The notes beneath the pieces were generated by a model, which saw only the letters and a program-made list of their open reading frames with translations, had not been told where the DNA came from and made no database searches. A DNA stretch of 32,000 nucleotides from Nitrososphaerota archaeon (GTDB taxonomy: Archaea > Thermoproteota > Nitrososphaeria > Nitrososphaerales > Nitrosopumilaceae), in the NCBI GenBank assembly GCA_022573895.1, contig JACZTB010000004.1, forward strand, positions 6,423-38,422. The letters are read 5' to 3'. A program made the translations under genes and the position numbers. Below are positions 18,823 to 26,826 of the stretch, piece by piece; the first letter of the stretch is position 1; every line of letters starts with the position of its first letter.

Positions 18823-20139
18823 TTACCATCTGCTACGCCCACCGTAGCTTTTTCTACCCCCTCTATCATTGAATCTTTTTCTACCCCCTCTATCATCTCT
18901 TGAATCTCGGCCTCTGTCTGATCTTCCGTATCCTCCAGAACGCCCTCCTCTGGAATAGTTAGATCTTGATTGACCTCCATATCTTCTTGATGGAATTTGT
19001 CTTTTTAGAGGATCTGGAATTGAAATTTGAATTCCCATTTTTTGATTCAAATCTTCTAGAGGAACTTTGATTTGACGTTTGATGAGATTCCAATCTCCAA
19101 CTGATGAATATGAAACAAATGTTATGGCTTTACCTTTTGCACCTGCTCTAGCTGTTCTTCCAATTCTATGAAAGTATAATAATTCTTGATTTGGAACATC
19201 ATAATTGATTACTAGTTCTACTCTTGGAACATCTATGCCTCTTGAGGCTACATCTGTTGCAACAAGAATATCAGCTTTCCCACTTCGAAATTTTCCCATT
19301 GTTTGTTCTCTTCTGTGCTGCGACATGTCTCCTTCTATTGCTACTGCATTAAATTTCTCTTGATGAAGGAATTTTGCAACATCTCTTGTTCTATATTTTG
19401 TTGAACAAAATACAATGCATTGGCGTTTTATTGGTTTGATAAAATCAATCAAATACTTGAACTTGTCTCGGTCTTTAATCACCAAAAATGATTGATCTAT
19501 TCCTTCTAAACTAAGATCATCTGCATCCAATAGAAATTGCTTTGGATTATTCAGATATTCTTCAGAGAGTCTTAGAATCTCGGTTGGCATTGTTGCTGAA
19601 TACAATGACATTACTCTGTCTTCTGGTGCCAGATCTAGAATAAACTGAATATCATCAATGAATCCCATATCTAACATTGTATCTGCTTCATCTAGAACGA
19701 TATGTGTGATATCTCTTAGTTCTATTGAACCTCTTTTGAGATGATCTATTAGTCTACCTGGCGTTGCAACGACAATTTCCACTCCTCTATCAAGAGCGTC
19801 CAACTGGATTCCCATTCCTTGTCCTCCATAAATTGTTACTACTCTAATTTTGGTATATTTTCCAAATTTCTTTATTTCCCCTGTTATCTGCATTGCAAGC
19901 TCTCTTGTAGGGGCCATGATCAATCCCTGAATTCCTTTTTTTGGTTGGATTTCTTGTAGCATTGCTAATGCAAAAGCTGCAGTCTTACCAGAACCTGTAT
20001 GAGCTTGTCCTACAACATCTCTTCCTGCAAGGAGAACCGGAATTACTGCTTCTTGTATTGGAAATGGTTCCTCATATCCAAGATCCTTGATTCCTTTTAG
20101 TATGTCTTGGTTTAATCCTAATTCTTCAAATTTTGTCAT
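18823..20139 (-). CDS. DEAD-box ATP-dependent RNA helicase with C-terminal RGG/RG-rich tail
   Basis: 438 aa. Q motif (F..LGL......GI..LGYE.P.PIQ), motif I AHTGSGKT, motif II VLDEAD, motif III SAT, motif VI HRIGRTARAG. The last ~55 aa are R/G/S/D-rich. Confidence 0.95.
   Translation of the reverse strand: MTKFEELGLNQDILKGIKDLGYEEPFPIQEAVIPVLLAGRDVVGQAHTGSGKTAAFALAMLQEIQPKKGIQGLIMAPTRELAMQITGEIKKFGKYTKIRVVTIYGGQGMGIQLDALDRGVEIVVATPGRLIDHLKRGSIELRDITHIVLDEADTMLDMGFIDDIQFILDLAPEDRVMSLYSATMPTEILRLSEEYLNNPKQFLLDADDLSLEGIDQSFLVIKDRDKFKYLIDFIKPIKRQCIVFCSTKYRTRDVAKFLHQEKFNAVAIEGDMSQHRREQTMGKFRSGKADILVATDVASRGIDVPRVELVINYDVPNQELLYFHRIGRTARAGAKGKAITFVSYSSVGDWNLIKRQIKVPLEDLNQKMGIQISIPDPLKRQIPSRRYGGQSRSNYSRGGRSGGYGRSDRGRDSRDDRGGRKRFNDRGGRKSYGGRSRW
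18848..18896. repeat. Perfect 22-nt direct repeat (two copies, 27-nt period) inside the helicase tail coding region
   Basis: cttttt ctaccccctctatcat occurs at 18848-18869 and 18875-18896. It encodes the duplicated DRGGRK unit. Confidence 0.9.
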
Positions 20140-20242
20140 TTTGTTTTCTTCTCTTAAGCAATGACGAAAAAGCTCATTACTTACCCGTCATTATTCTGAT
20201 ATTTGCGGTCTCGATTTAGGTCTAATAAACGCTTGTTATTTT

Positions 20243-21064
20243 TTACAAACCTAATTGAGCATCAATAATTTTTTTGAAACTATCAAATGGTTGGGCTCCT
20301 TTTAATTCAATATATCCTATTTGATCATTTCCTACAAAGAATCCCGGCGTTCCTGAAACTCCATAATCTCTTCCATCGGCAAGATCTTTTTTGATTTCAT
20401 CAATATACTTTCCACTAGTAAGACATGAATCAAAAGTATCTTGTTCTAATTGAATTTTTGTGGCATATTGACTAAACAAAGATAGCACATCAACAGTTTC
20501 TTGCCTACTCCATTCATTTTGTTTTTCAAATAACATATCATGCATTACTTTGAATTTACCCTGTTCATTTGCGCATTCTGACGCAACTGCTGCCGGTACC
20601 GCATTTGGATGAATACTTTGAATTGGATAATCTCTAAAAACTAGTTTCACTTTTCCTGGCTCTATGTATTCATCATAAATTAATGGAAGTGTTTGAGTGT
20701 AGAATCTTGCACAAAATGGGCATTGAAAATCCGAAAATTCAATTATTGTGATTGGCGCATCTGGATTTCCAATAATTGGATCATTATCTACTGAAATATT
20801 CATTGAAAGATTTGGTTGCTCTGTAGGTAATTGATTTTGTAATATTTTGAGTTCTAATTTGGCAATTACCGCTTCAAGATCTTCTTCTGAAATTTGGCTT
20901 GAGTTTAGATTTGATATATATGATCCTGCAAAAAATGCTGCAACTCCTATTACTATAACTAATCCTATAATTAATCCATTAAATGTTGATTTTTTTACAG
21001 AGATCTTCCCATAATCATTTTGATTTAACTCAAAATCATCAAAACTCATTTGAACTTGTTCCAA
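20243..21064 (-). CDS. Membrane-anchored DsbA-family thiol:disulfide oxidoreductase (thioredoxin fold)
   Basis: 273 aa. One N-terminal TM helix. Active site FSDFQCPFCARF (CxxC). TTG start at 21064; ATG alternative at 21049. Confidence 0.85.
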   Translation of the reverse strand: MEQVQMSFDDFELNQNDYGKISVKKSTFNGLIIGLVIVIGVAAFFAGSYISNLNSSQISEEDLEAVIAKLELKILQNQLPTEQPNLSMNISVDNDPIIGNPDAPITIIEFSDFQCPFCARFYTQTLPLIYDEYIEPGKVKLVFRDYPIQSIHPNAVPAAVASECANEQGKFKVMHDMLFEKQNEWSRQETVDVLSLFSQYATKIQLEQDTFDSCLTSGKYIDEIKKDLADGRDYGVSGTPGFFVGNDQIGYIELKGAQPFDSFKKIIDAQLGL

Positions 21065-21128
21065 AGCCTAGCATACTTATTCATATTGGCAAATCTTACA
21101 ATATCCATTCATCATTAAGAAATTTTAA

Positions 21129-21202
21129 AGCCAATGACGGGATCTGAACCCATGACCTGCTGATTACAAATCAGCTGCTCTACCAGGCTGAGCTACATTG
21201 GC
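21129..21202 (-). tRNA. tRNA-Thr (anticodon UGU)
   Basis: Hand-folded 74-nt cloverleaf. Acceptor GCCAATG/CATTGGC + U73. D arm GCTC-AGCCTGGTA-GAGC. Anticodon arm GCTGA-TTTGTAA-TCAGC. Variable loop AGGTC. T arm ATGGG-TTCAGAT-CCCGT. No encoded CCA. Confidence 0.92.
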
Positions 21203-21227
21203 ACGAAGTAAAATGAAATTTTTCGGG

Positions 21228-21234
21228 TTTAAAA
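21228..21234 (-). promoter_or_regulatory. Candidate archaeal TATA box for tRNA-Thr
   Basis: The minus strand reads TTTTAAA 26-32 nt upstream of the tRNA 5' end, the canonical archaeal spacing. Confidence 0.4.
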
Positions 21235-21262
21235 TGTTACCACAATTAATCTAAAATATTCT

Positions 21263-21556
21263 TTGTCCAAAACTGTTCGAATTATCCGTCAATTTATAAT
21301 AATGCCATATTTTGAACCTGTTGTGAGAATAAGATACATCGCACCAATCAGAGTAAAGGTTTTGATGATAATGTTTTTTGGAACAGGTATAATGGGTTTG
21401 ATTATGGGACTAGTTGTTGCTCCTCCTTCAATGACTATAATTCTTACTTTAATGGGAGTAATTAATATTGGATTGTGTGCATTTTTTACATTTATCTTTT
21501 TAACACAAATACCCAACACACCTGATAAAAGAAAAAAAAAGAGAAAAGACCACTAG
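21263..21556 (+). CDS. Small membrane protein with poly-Lys/Arg C-terminus
   Basis: 97-aa ORF (TTG start; ATG alternative at MPYFEP). Two TM helices. Tail is PDKRKKKRKDH. Confidence 0.45.
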   Translation: MSKTVRIIRQFIIMPYFEPVVRIRYIAPIRVKVLMIMFFGTGIMGLIMGLVVAPPSMTIILTLMGVINIGLCAFFTFIFLTQIPNTPDKRKKKRKDH

Positions 21557-21916
21557 AATATTTGTTGCAAAATTCATTCCAAAAGAATGATTGATTACAT
21601 CTTTGTCGTAAAAATATTTGAAAAAAAAACTAACGGCAAAAAGTTCGTGTTTTATAAAAATTTTGTCTTTGAAATGAAAAATTGAGTTTAAAATTTAATT
21701 TTTGAAAATAGGTTTTTAATGTAAACTAGGTCTAATTTTAGATGAAATGTTGGAAGAGTATCTTAGATTATAATTATTTTCCAATTCTTAGAAAATTATT
21801 GTCTTTCTCCATATTGTATTTCAGAATCTTTTTGTTGAAATGCTGGATAACCTAAAAATCTCACGAATGAAATCTATGAATATTAGTTGTTATATATTCA
21901 AAAGATTATGGTGATT

Positions 21917-22370
21917 ATGCAAGAAGGTAAACCTGCTCCAAATTTTGAACTCTTAGCAAATGATGGAAATTCTATACATCTTGATTCTTTTAAAGACAAA
22001 AAGAACATAGTTCTTTGTTTTTATCCAAAAAACCATCTGTTTGCGTGTCCTTCAAAAAAAGTTTTCAAAATGGCTGAAAGTGTCATCTCTTCGTATTCAA
22101 ACATAATATCGACTAATACAGAAATTTTTGCAATTTCTGTAGATACTGTTGAAGATCAAGCTAAATTTGTCAAAGAATATGATATACCTTATCTTCATCT
22201 TAGTGACACTAAAAGATACTTGCAAAAAATATGCTGGATTAAATTTTGTTGGGTTAGCAAAGCGCTCTACGTTTATTATTGACAAGAAAGGAATAATCAG
22301 AAAAATTTTTCGAGACATTAATGTTGAACAACACGGTCAAGATATTGCTGATTTTTTAAATCAATTATGA
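21917..22370 (+). pseudogene. bcp: Peroxiredoxin (Bcp/AhpC-TSA family) interrupted by a +1 frameshift in an A4 run
   Basis: Frame 1 (track ORF 21887..22282) gives MQEGKPAPNFEL..DG....L..FKDKKNIVLCFYPK...ACP....F......IS.D....Q.KF..EYDIPY.HLSDTK. Frame 2 (22149..22370) continues DTCKKYAGLNFVGLAKRSTFIIDKKGIIRKIF. The switch is at aaaa 22211-22214. Removing one A gives a ~150-aa Bcp-like protein. Confidence 0.75.
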
Positions 22371-22387
22371 AAAATATTCCTCTCAAT

Positions 22388-22399
22388 TAAAGTATAAAT
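22388..22399 (+). promoter_or_regulatory. Candidate TATA box for pdaD (short-leader or leaderless transcript)
   Basis: AAAGTATAAATA is centred ~32 nt upstream of the ATG at 22426. Confidence 0.35.
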
Positions 22400-22425
22400 A
22401 ATGACTTCCTTTCATCAATTCAGAA

Positions 22426-22977
22426 ATGTTAGACTTTGTAGCCAAGAAATTATTCCTTACAAAAGGTAAAGGTGTTCATGAAGATAGATTAACAAGTTTT
22501 GAATATGCTCTAAGGGATGCTGGAATAGCAGGAACAAATCTTGTATTGATTTCAAGCATCTTTCCACCTAACGCTAAATTAATCTCTAGAAAGGAAGGTC
22601 TAAAAAAAATCAAACCCGGCCAGATTCTCTTTACAATTTATTCAAAGAATCAAACTAACGAACCACACCGAATGTGTACTGCATCTGTAGGTATAGCACA
22701 ACCCAAAGATAGGAGTAGATATGGCTATCTCTCAGAATACGAGTCTTTTGGTCAAAACGAAACCCAAGCAGGTGATTATGCTGAAGACGTTGCAGCACAA
22801 ATGCTGGCATCTTCCTTAGGAATTCCATTTGATGTTGACAAAAACTGGGATGAAAAAAGACAACAGTGGTTAATTTCAGACCAAATCATTAACACTCATA
22901 ACATTACTCAATCAGCAAAAGGTAACAAGGATAAAAAATGGACAACTGTATTTGCAGCAGCTGTACTTTTATTGTAA
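22426..22977 (+). CDS. pdaD: Pyruvoyl-dependent arginine decarboxylase
   Basis: 183 aa. FLTKGKGVHEDRLTSFEYALRDAGIAGTNLVLISSIFPP includes the self-cleavage Ser-Ser site typical of PdaD. Confidence 0.9.
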   Translation: MLDFVAKKLFLTKGKGVHEDRLTSFEYALRDAGIAGTNLVLISSIFPPNAKLISRKEGLKKIKPGQILFTIYSKNQTNEPHRMCTASVGIAQPKDRSRYGYLSEYESFGQNETQAGDYAEDVAAQMLASSLGIPFDVDKNWDEKRQQWLISDQIINTHNITQSAKGNKDKKWTTVFAAAVLLL

Positions 22978-24135
22978 TTATTTTTTGTATCCTTTCAGAT
23001 AATATACTGCAGCTGCAATTGCTACTATTGTGATAATACTTATTACGATAAATGATTCATCAAACTCAACTATTTCAGATTTAACAGTTTGAAGTTGTAT
23101 TCCTCCTAGCGAAAATTTTAATTCTTCTTTATTTACTGATACTTTTTCACCAAAAATATATTTTCCTTGAATTCTTTGTCCTTCTTCAGGATCAAAAATC
23201 CATCCTCCTTTTGAAATGTCTGTAGGAATCTTTTCATTATCGATGATTTGTGTTGGGACGATGTTTCCTTTGATATCTGAAACATTTGTATTTTCAGGTG
23301 ACAAAACTACTACTTGAATAATTGAATTTAAAGGATATAATCCTGATGAAAAATAATCTGATCTCTTGAGATTTTCAACTTTGAGAAATTCTAATGGGCT
23401 AATTTCAGAAATTGTTGAGGCTTTGTTTGGATAACTCACTGATAATTTTAACTGCAAAAGTGATTTTGAATCTAGCGGAATTAACGAAAATGTCATTTTT
23501 GAGTTTTTTTCAAATGATAAGTCTTTTGCAACATCATAAAATCCTCCACCATCTCTAATTATTTTTGGGATAAGTATTGCTGAAATCTTTTCATACATTG
23601 AATTAGTGTCTTCCATTGACATTGTGTAAACTGCTGAAATCATACCCCTCCCAGAAATCACTCCTGAAGTTTCAAGTGCTCTGTTTGTTTCGTCAACAGT
23701 ATGGATGAAAACTGAATGGAATTTGGCATCTGTATCAAATACCTGGTTAATTTCATCAATGTACAATTCAGCAATCTCTTTTGTCGAATCTTGAATAGCA
23801 AAAATGCCCTTATCTGCGGGATTTCTTTCTACATTTATTATTATACATGATTGGTTTACTACTCCTAGAATACATTGGTCCTGGTTAGTCAAAATTATGG
23901 CCTTCACTCTCTTATCTTCTCTGATCTTTTGTTCCAATTCTGCTGGAATTTTGATTTCTTGAATGCTAGTACTTTGTAATGTTATTGACGCTGTAACATT
24001 TTGAGATATGCTTCTGTCTATAATTATTTGTGCCATTTCCTGATAAGTTGCAAGACTCACTTCTTGTGAATAGGCATAATTTGTTGAAATTCCAATTAAC
24101 ATAATTAATGAAAAGAAAAATATCTTTTTTCGCAT
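22978..24135 (-). CDS. Type-I membrane or surface protein, unknown function
   Basis: 385 aa. N-terminal signal peptide (..ISTNYAYSQE). Single C-terminal TM helix followed by KGYKK. Confidence 0.6.
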   Translation of the reverse strand: MRKKIFFFSLIMLIGISTNYAYSQEVSLATYQEMAQIIIDRSISQNVTASITLQSTSIQEIKIPAELEQKIREDKRVKAIILTNQDQCILGVVNQSCIIINVERNPADKGIFAIQDSTKEIAELYIDEINQVFDTDAKFHSVFIHTVDETNRALETSGVISGRGMISAVYTMSMEDTNSMYEKISAILIPKIIRDGGGFYDVAKDLSFEKNSKMTFSLIPLDSKSLLQLKLSVSYPNKASTISEISPLEFLKVENLKRSDYFSSGLYPLNSIIQVVVLSPENTNVSDIKGNIVPTQIIDNEKIPTDISKGGWIFDPEEGQRIQGKYIFGEKVSVNKEELKFSLGGIQLQTVKSEIVEFDESFIVISIITIVAIAAAVYYLKGYKK

Positions 24136-24283
24136 AAGTTGTCATACTAGAAATGAAATTATTAAATTTACTCTTATTTCGTACATTTTAAAATACGTGA
24201 TTAGATGAACTTTTTTTGTTTTTTTTACGAAAATGCATTATCAACTAGCTAATATCATCATTTATGCAAATATTTAGTTAGTA

Positions 24284-24856
24284 TTGGCTCTAATTGCATT
24301 TCTTGTTGACATTTTCCAAGATCCCGTAATTCAATTAATTGCAGTTTTGAGCGCTTTTGGTATTGGCGTTTTTCAAGGAATCATTCTAGGACGAGCTATT
24401 CTTGTGAGATTTCCACGTCTTCAGAATCATGTGAAGACAGTATCCATTACTTTGTTTGTCGTATTTTTGGCAAATGCTATTTTGAGCGTTCCCCGTTTTG
24501 CTTCTCCTGAAAAAATTGAACTATCAAATTTACCTGCAGGTAGTTCAAGCGAAGTTGCCTCACTACTCTTTTTAATTTTTGGAATGAATACTGGATTTCT
24601 AACTGTACTAGCTATTTCTGTCACTGTGATGACTTTTGTTCTTTTAAAATATACAAATATTCATGGGATAACCAAAGTATTTGTTTTCTTTTTTAGTATT
24701 ATTTTGCTATTATTCACTGGCCTTAGTAGATTCACTGATCTTACCCCTAGCACATTTGAGGTGCTTTTGTATTTTCTTTATCAGTTAGGAATTACAGTTG
24801 GTATTCTAGCTGGTACAATTAAAAAGATAAAACACAAAAAATTAGACCTAAAATAA
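24284..24856 (+). CDS. Polytopic membrane protein, paralogue of the 9812..10522 product
   Basis: 190 aa (TTG start), about 5-6 TM helices. Shares the C-terminal motif ..LLYFLYQLGITVG......KKIKHKK with the other copy. Confidence 0.6.
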   Translation: MALIAFLVDIFQDPVIQLIAVLSAFGIGVFQGIILGRAILVRFPRLQNHVKTVSITLFVVFLANAILSVPRFASPEKIELSNLPAGSSSEVASLLFLIFGMNTGFLTVLAISVTVMTFVLLKYTNIHGITKVFVFFFSIILLLFTGLSRFTDLTPSTFEVLLYFLYQLGITVGILAGTIKKIKHKKLDLK

Positions 24857-24916
24857 TTTCAAACGTTTAAATCAGATTATCCTTATTTGGATTTTGACAT
24901 CGAATTCAAACCGTTC

Positions 24917-24957
24917 GGGGAACAAGCTGGCAGTCCATGCGTTGGACTGTCAGCCCC
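24917..24957 (+). other. GC-rich imperfect hairpin (candidate structured RNA or 3'-end element)
   Basis: GGGG-AACAAG-CTGGCAGTCCA-TGCGT-TGGACTGTCAG-CCCC. An 11-bp upper stem (one G.U on the plus strand, which becomes a C.A mismatch on the minus strand) plus a 4-bp GGGG/CCCC lower stem. Lies in the 115-nt spacer between convergent genes. Confidence 0.4.
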
Positions 24958-24971
24958 AATTATTAAAAAAT

Positions 24972-26744
24972 CTAGTTTAATGATGATAGTGCTTTAACTT
25001 GCTCATCAACATAATCAAAGCCTGCTTGCCAAAATTTTGGAGATCTGATATCAAATCCATATTCTGAAAGAAGCTTCTCTGGTTTCTTAGAACCTCCTGC
25101 AGCGAGAATGTTGATGTATGAAGAAACAAAGTCTTTTCCCTCTTTTTTATATCTCTGAAATAGAGACAACGCAAGCAAGTTTCCGAAAGAATATGCATAG
25201 CAGTAAAATGGTGTATGGTAAAAGTGAGGAATACAGCTCCATTCTATTGTAAAGTCTTCAGAAAGACTCACTGAATTTCCAAATTGATTTTTTAGATTTT
25301 GTAGATATGTCTTTGAAATCTCATCTACTGTAGTTCCATTTCCAATTTGTTTATGAACATCAACTTCAAAGATTGTGAAAAATGATTGCCTTAGAATTGT
25401 TGCATACAAATCATCAATTTTTTCTGATAACATGATCTTCTTTTCATCATCAGAAATCTTGTCAGATAAATTGTCATATAATAGTAATTCCGAAAAAGTA
25501 GATGCTGTCTCTGCCAAAGGTAATGGAGCGTCTTGAACAAGAATTGATCTATCTTGTGCTGCTTGGCTATGTACTGCATGGCCCAATTCATGAGCTAAAG
25601 TAAAAACATCTCTTGATTTTCCTGTAAAGTTTACCATGACAAATGGTGTTATTTTTGGTGAGAGAGTACTGCAAAATGCACCATCTCTTTTTCCATGTCT
25701 TACAGATGAATCGATGTGGTTTTCATCGAAAACTTTTCTTGCAAATTCTTCTAGTGTTTTACTAAACTTTCCGAGTGATTCAAAAACTAGTTTTACAGAT
25801 TTACTGTATGTATAATTTTTTTCCTTGATATTAGCTGTTGCTGGAGCATACAAATCATATCTTCTTAGCTTCTTCATTTTCAACATCTTTGCTTTTTGAA
25901 CAAAAAACTTTTGAAAAACCGAAGAATTTTTTTTACAAACCGAAAGAAGAGATTCTATAGTTTTATCATCAACATCATTTCCGATGTTTCTCATTGATAT
26001 TGGAGTCTTGTATCCTCTTATTTCGATACCCTCATCTTTCCAATTAAGAACAATATTTTGATATATCTCACCTATTACTCCTTTGTTTTTAGTATATTTT
26101 GTAAGAATAGTTTTGTAGGCTGTCTCACGAATTTTTGGATTTGTACTTCGTACATAGTTTGTAAGTTCTTCTCTTGTCATTATTTTGGTTTTATTTCGTA
26201 TTTTCATTTTGTATTCATAGGCATTAGTTATCTTGTCGTATAGTTTTACAAGTGCAGAAATTCCCGTAACATCTAATGTGTTGATAATTCTCTCTTCAGG
26301 TTCACTAAGAGCATATTTTGCAAATAGTCTTTTGTGTAACAAATATTCTGTGAGCTCTCCTGCATCTCTCATGAGTCTTTTTGCATTTTTCTCGCCCACT
26401 TGTGTTTTCCACCATAAATCAAAAAATAAAATCTTGTTAGAAATCTCAGAATCCAATTTTGACATCTGAGTCATTAGAGATGTTGCTTCATCTGATTGAG
26501 TATCTGAAGAATATGATAGTGATGCATATCCGCCAATCTTACTCATCTTTTCAGACATCTCTTCAATTTCTTGTAGAATACTCATGAATTTCTTGGAGGA
26601 CATTTTGGGATCTAATTTTGATTTTATTTTTTCAAACTTTCTTGCCTGTTTTTCTAATTTTAGAATCTGTTTTTGAAATGCCGAACTCTTTGGATTCTTT
26701 GTCAATTCGGAAAGATCCCATCTCCCAGTTTGGTATTCTGCCAT
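24972..26744 (-). CDS. pepF: Oligoendopeptidase F (M3B zinc metallopeptidase)
   Basis: HELGHAVH zinc motif with downstream E, and M3B-length architecture. I place the start at ATG 26744 (MAEYQTGRWDLSEL) rather than the track's GTG at 26786. Confidence 0.9.
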   Translation of the reverse strand: MAEYQTGRWDLSELTKNPKSSAFQKQILKLEKQARKFEKIKSKLDPKMSSKKFMSILQEIEEMSEKMSKIGGYASLSYSSDTQSDEATSLMTQMSKLDSEISNKILFFDLWWKTQVGEKNAKRLMRDAGELTEYLLHKRLFAKYALSEPEERIINTLDVTGISALVKLYDKITNAYEYKMKIRNKTKIMTREELTNYVRSTNPKIRETAYKTILTKYTKNKGVIGEIYQNIVLNWKDEGIEIRGYKTPISMRNIGNDVDDKTIESLLSVCKKNSSVFQKFFVQKAKMLKMKKLRRYDLYAPATANIKEKNYTYSKSVKLVFESLGKFSKTLEEFARKVFDENHIDSSVRHGKRDGAFCSTLSPKITPFVMVNFTGKSRDVFTLAHELGHAVHSQAAQDRSILVQDAPLPLAETASTFSELLLYDNLSDKISDDEKKIMLSEKIDDLYATILRQSFFTIFEVDVHKQIGNGTTVDEISKTYLQNLKNQFGNSVSLSEDFTIEWSCIPHFYHTPFYCYAYSFGNLLALSLFQRYKKEGKDFVSSYINILAAGGSKKPEKLLSEYGFDIRSPKFWQAGFDYVDEQVKALSSLN

Positions 26745-26826
26745 TTGATATTCACATTTTGTAACTATTAAAAAATCAAACCCCACAAAAAGTTACTAAT
26801 AAAAGCAAAAAAGCATTAGATGATCT

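Noticed and set aside
20160-20192. 7-bp inverted repeat AATGACG(N19)CGTCATT in the leader or promoter region of the DEAD-box helicase.
   Set aside because: A short stem with a 19-nt loop is easily produced by chance in a 100-nt spacer. There is no supporting covariation or second element. It would only be worth revisiting if TSS data show a long 5' UTR.
21742-21855. 37-aa ORF (MKCWKSILDYNYFPILRKLLSFSILYFRIFLLKCWIT) in the long spacer upstream of the peroxiredoxin.
   Set aside because: The composition mirrors the AT-rich DNA, there is no plausible start context, and it has no motif. It is most likely random.
22981-23082. The C-terminus of the 385-aa surface protein (..VEFDESFIVISIITIVAIAAAVYYLKGYKK) considered as a second PEFG-CTERM signal.
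   Set aside because: It lacks the P-E-F-G core, having only an EF dipeptide. It is adequately explained as an ordinary C-terminal TM anchor with a basic stop-transfer.
24978-25050. Possible C/D-box sRNA on the plus strand: ATGATGA at about 24981-24987 and CTGA about 60 nt downstream.
   Set aside because: No convincing internal D'/C' boxes or terminal stem. It lies antisense within the 3' end of pepF. Both short motifs are expected by chance in AT-rich sequence.
26745-26786. GTG-initiated 14-codon extension of oligoendopeptidase F (MGFDFLIVTKCEYQ).
   Set aside because: The ATG at 26744 gives the usual PepF N-terminus. The extension looks non-native and relies on a GTG start.
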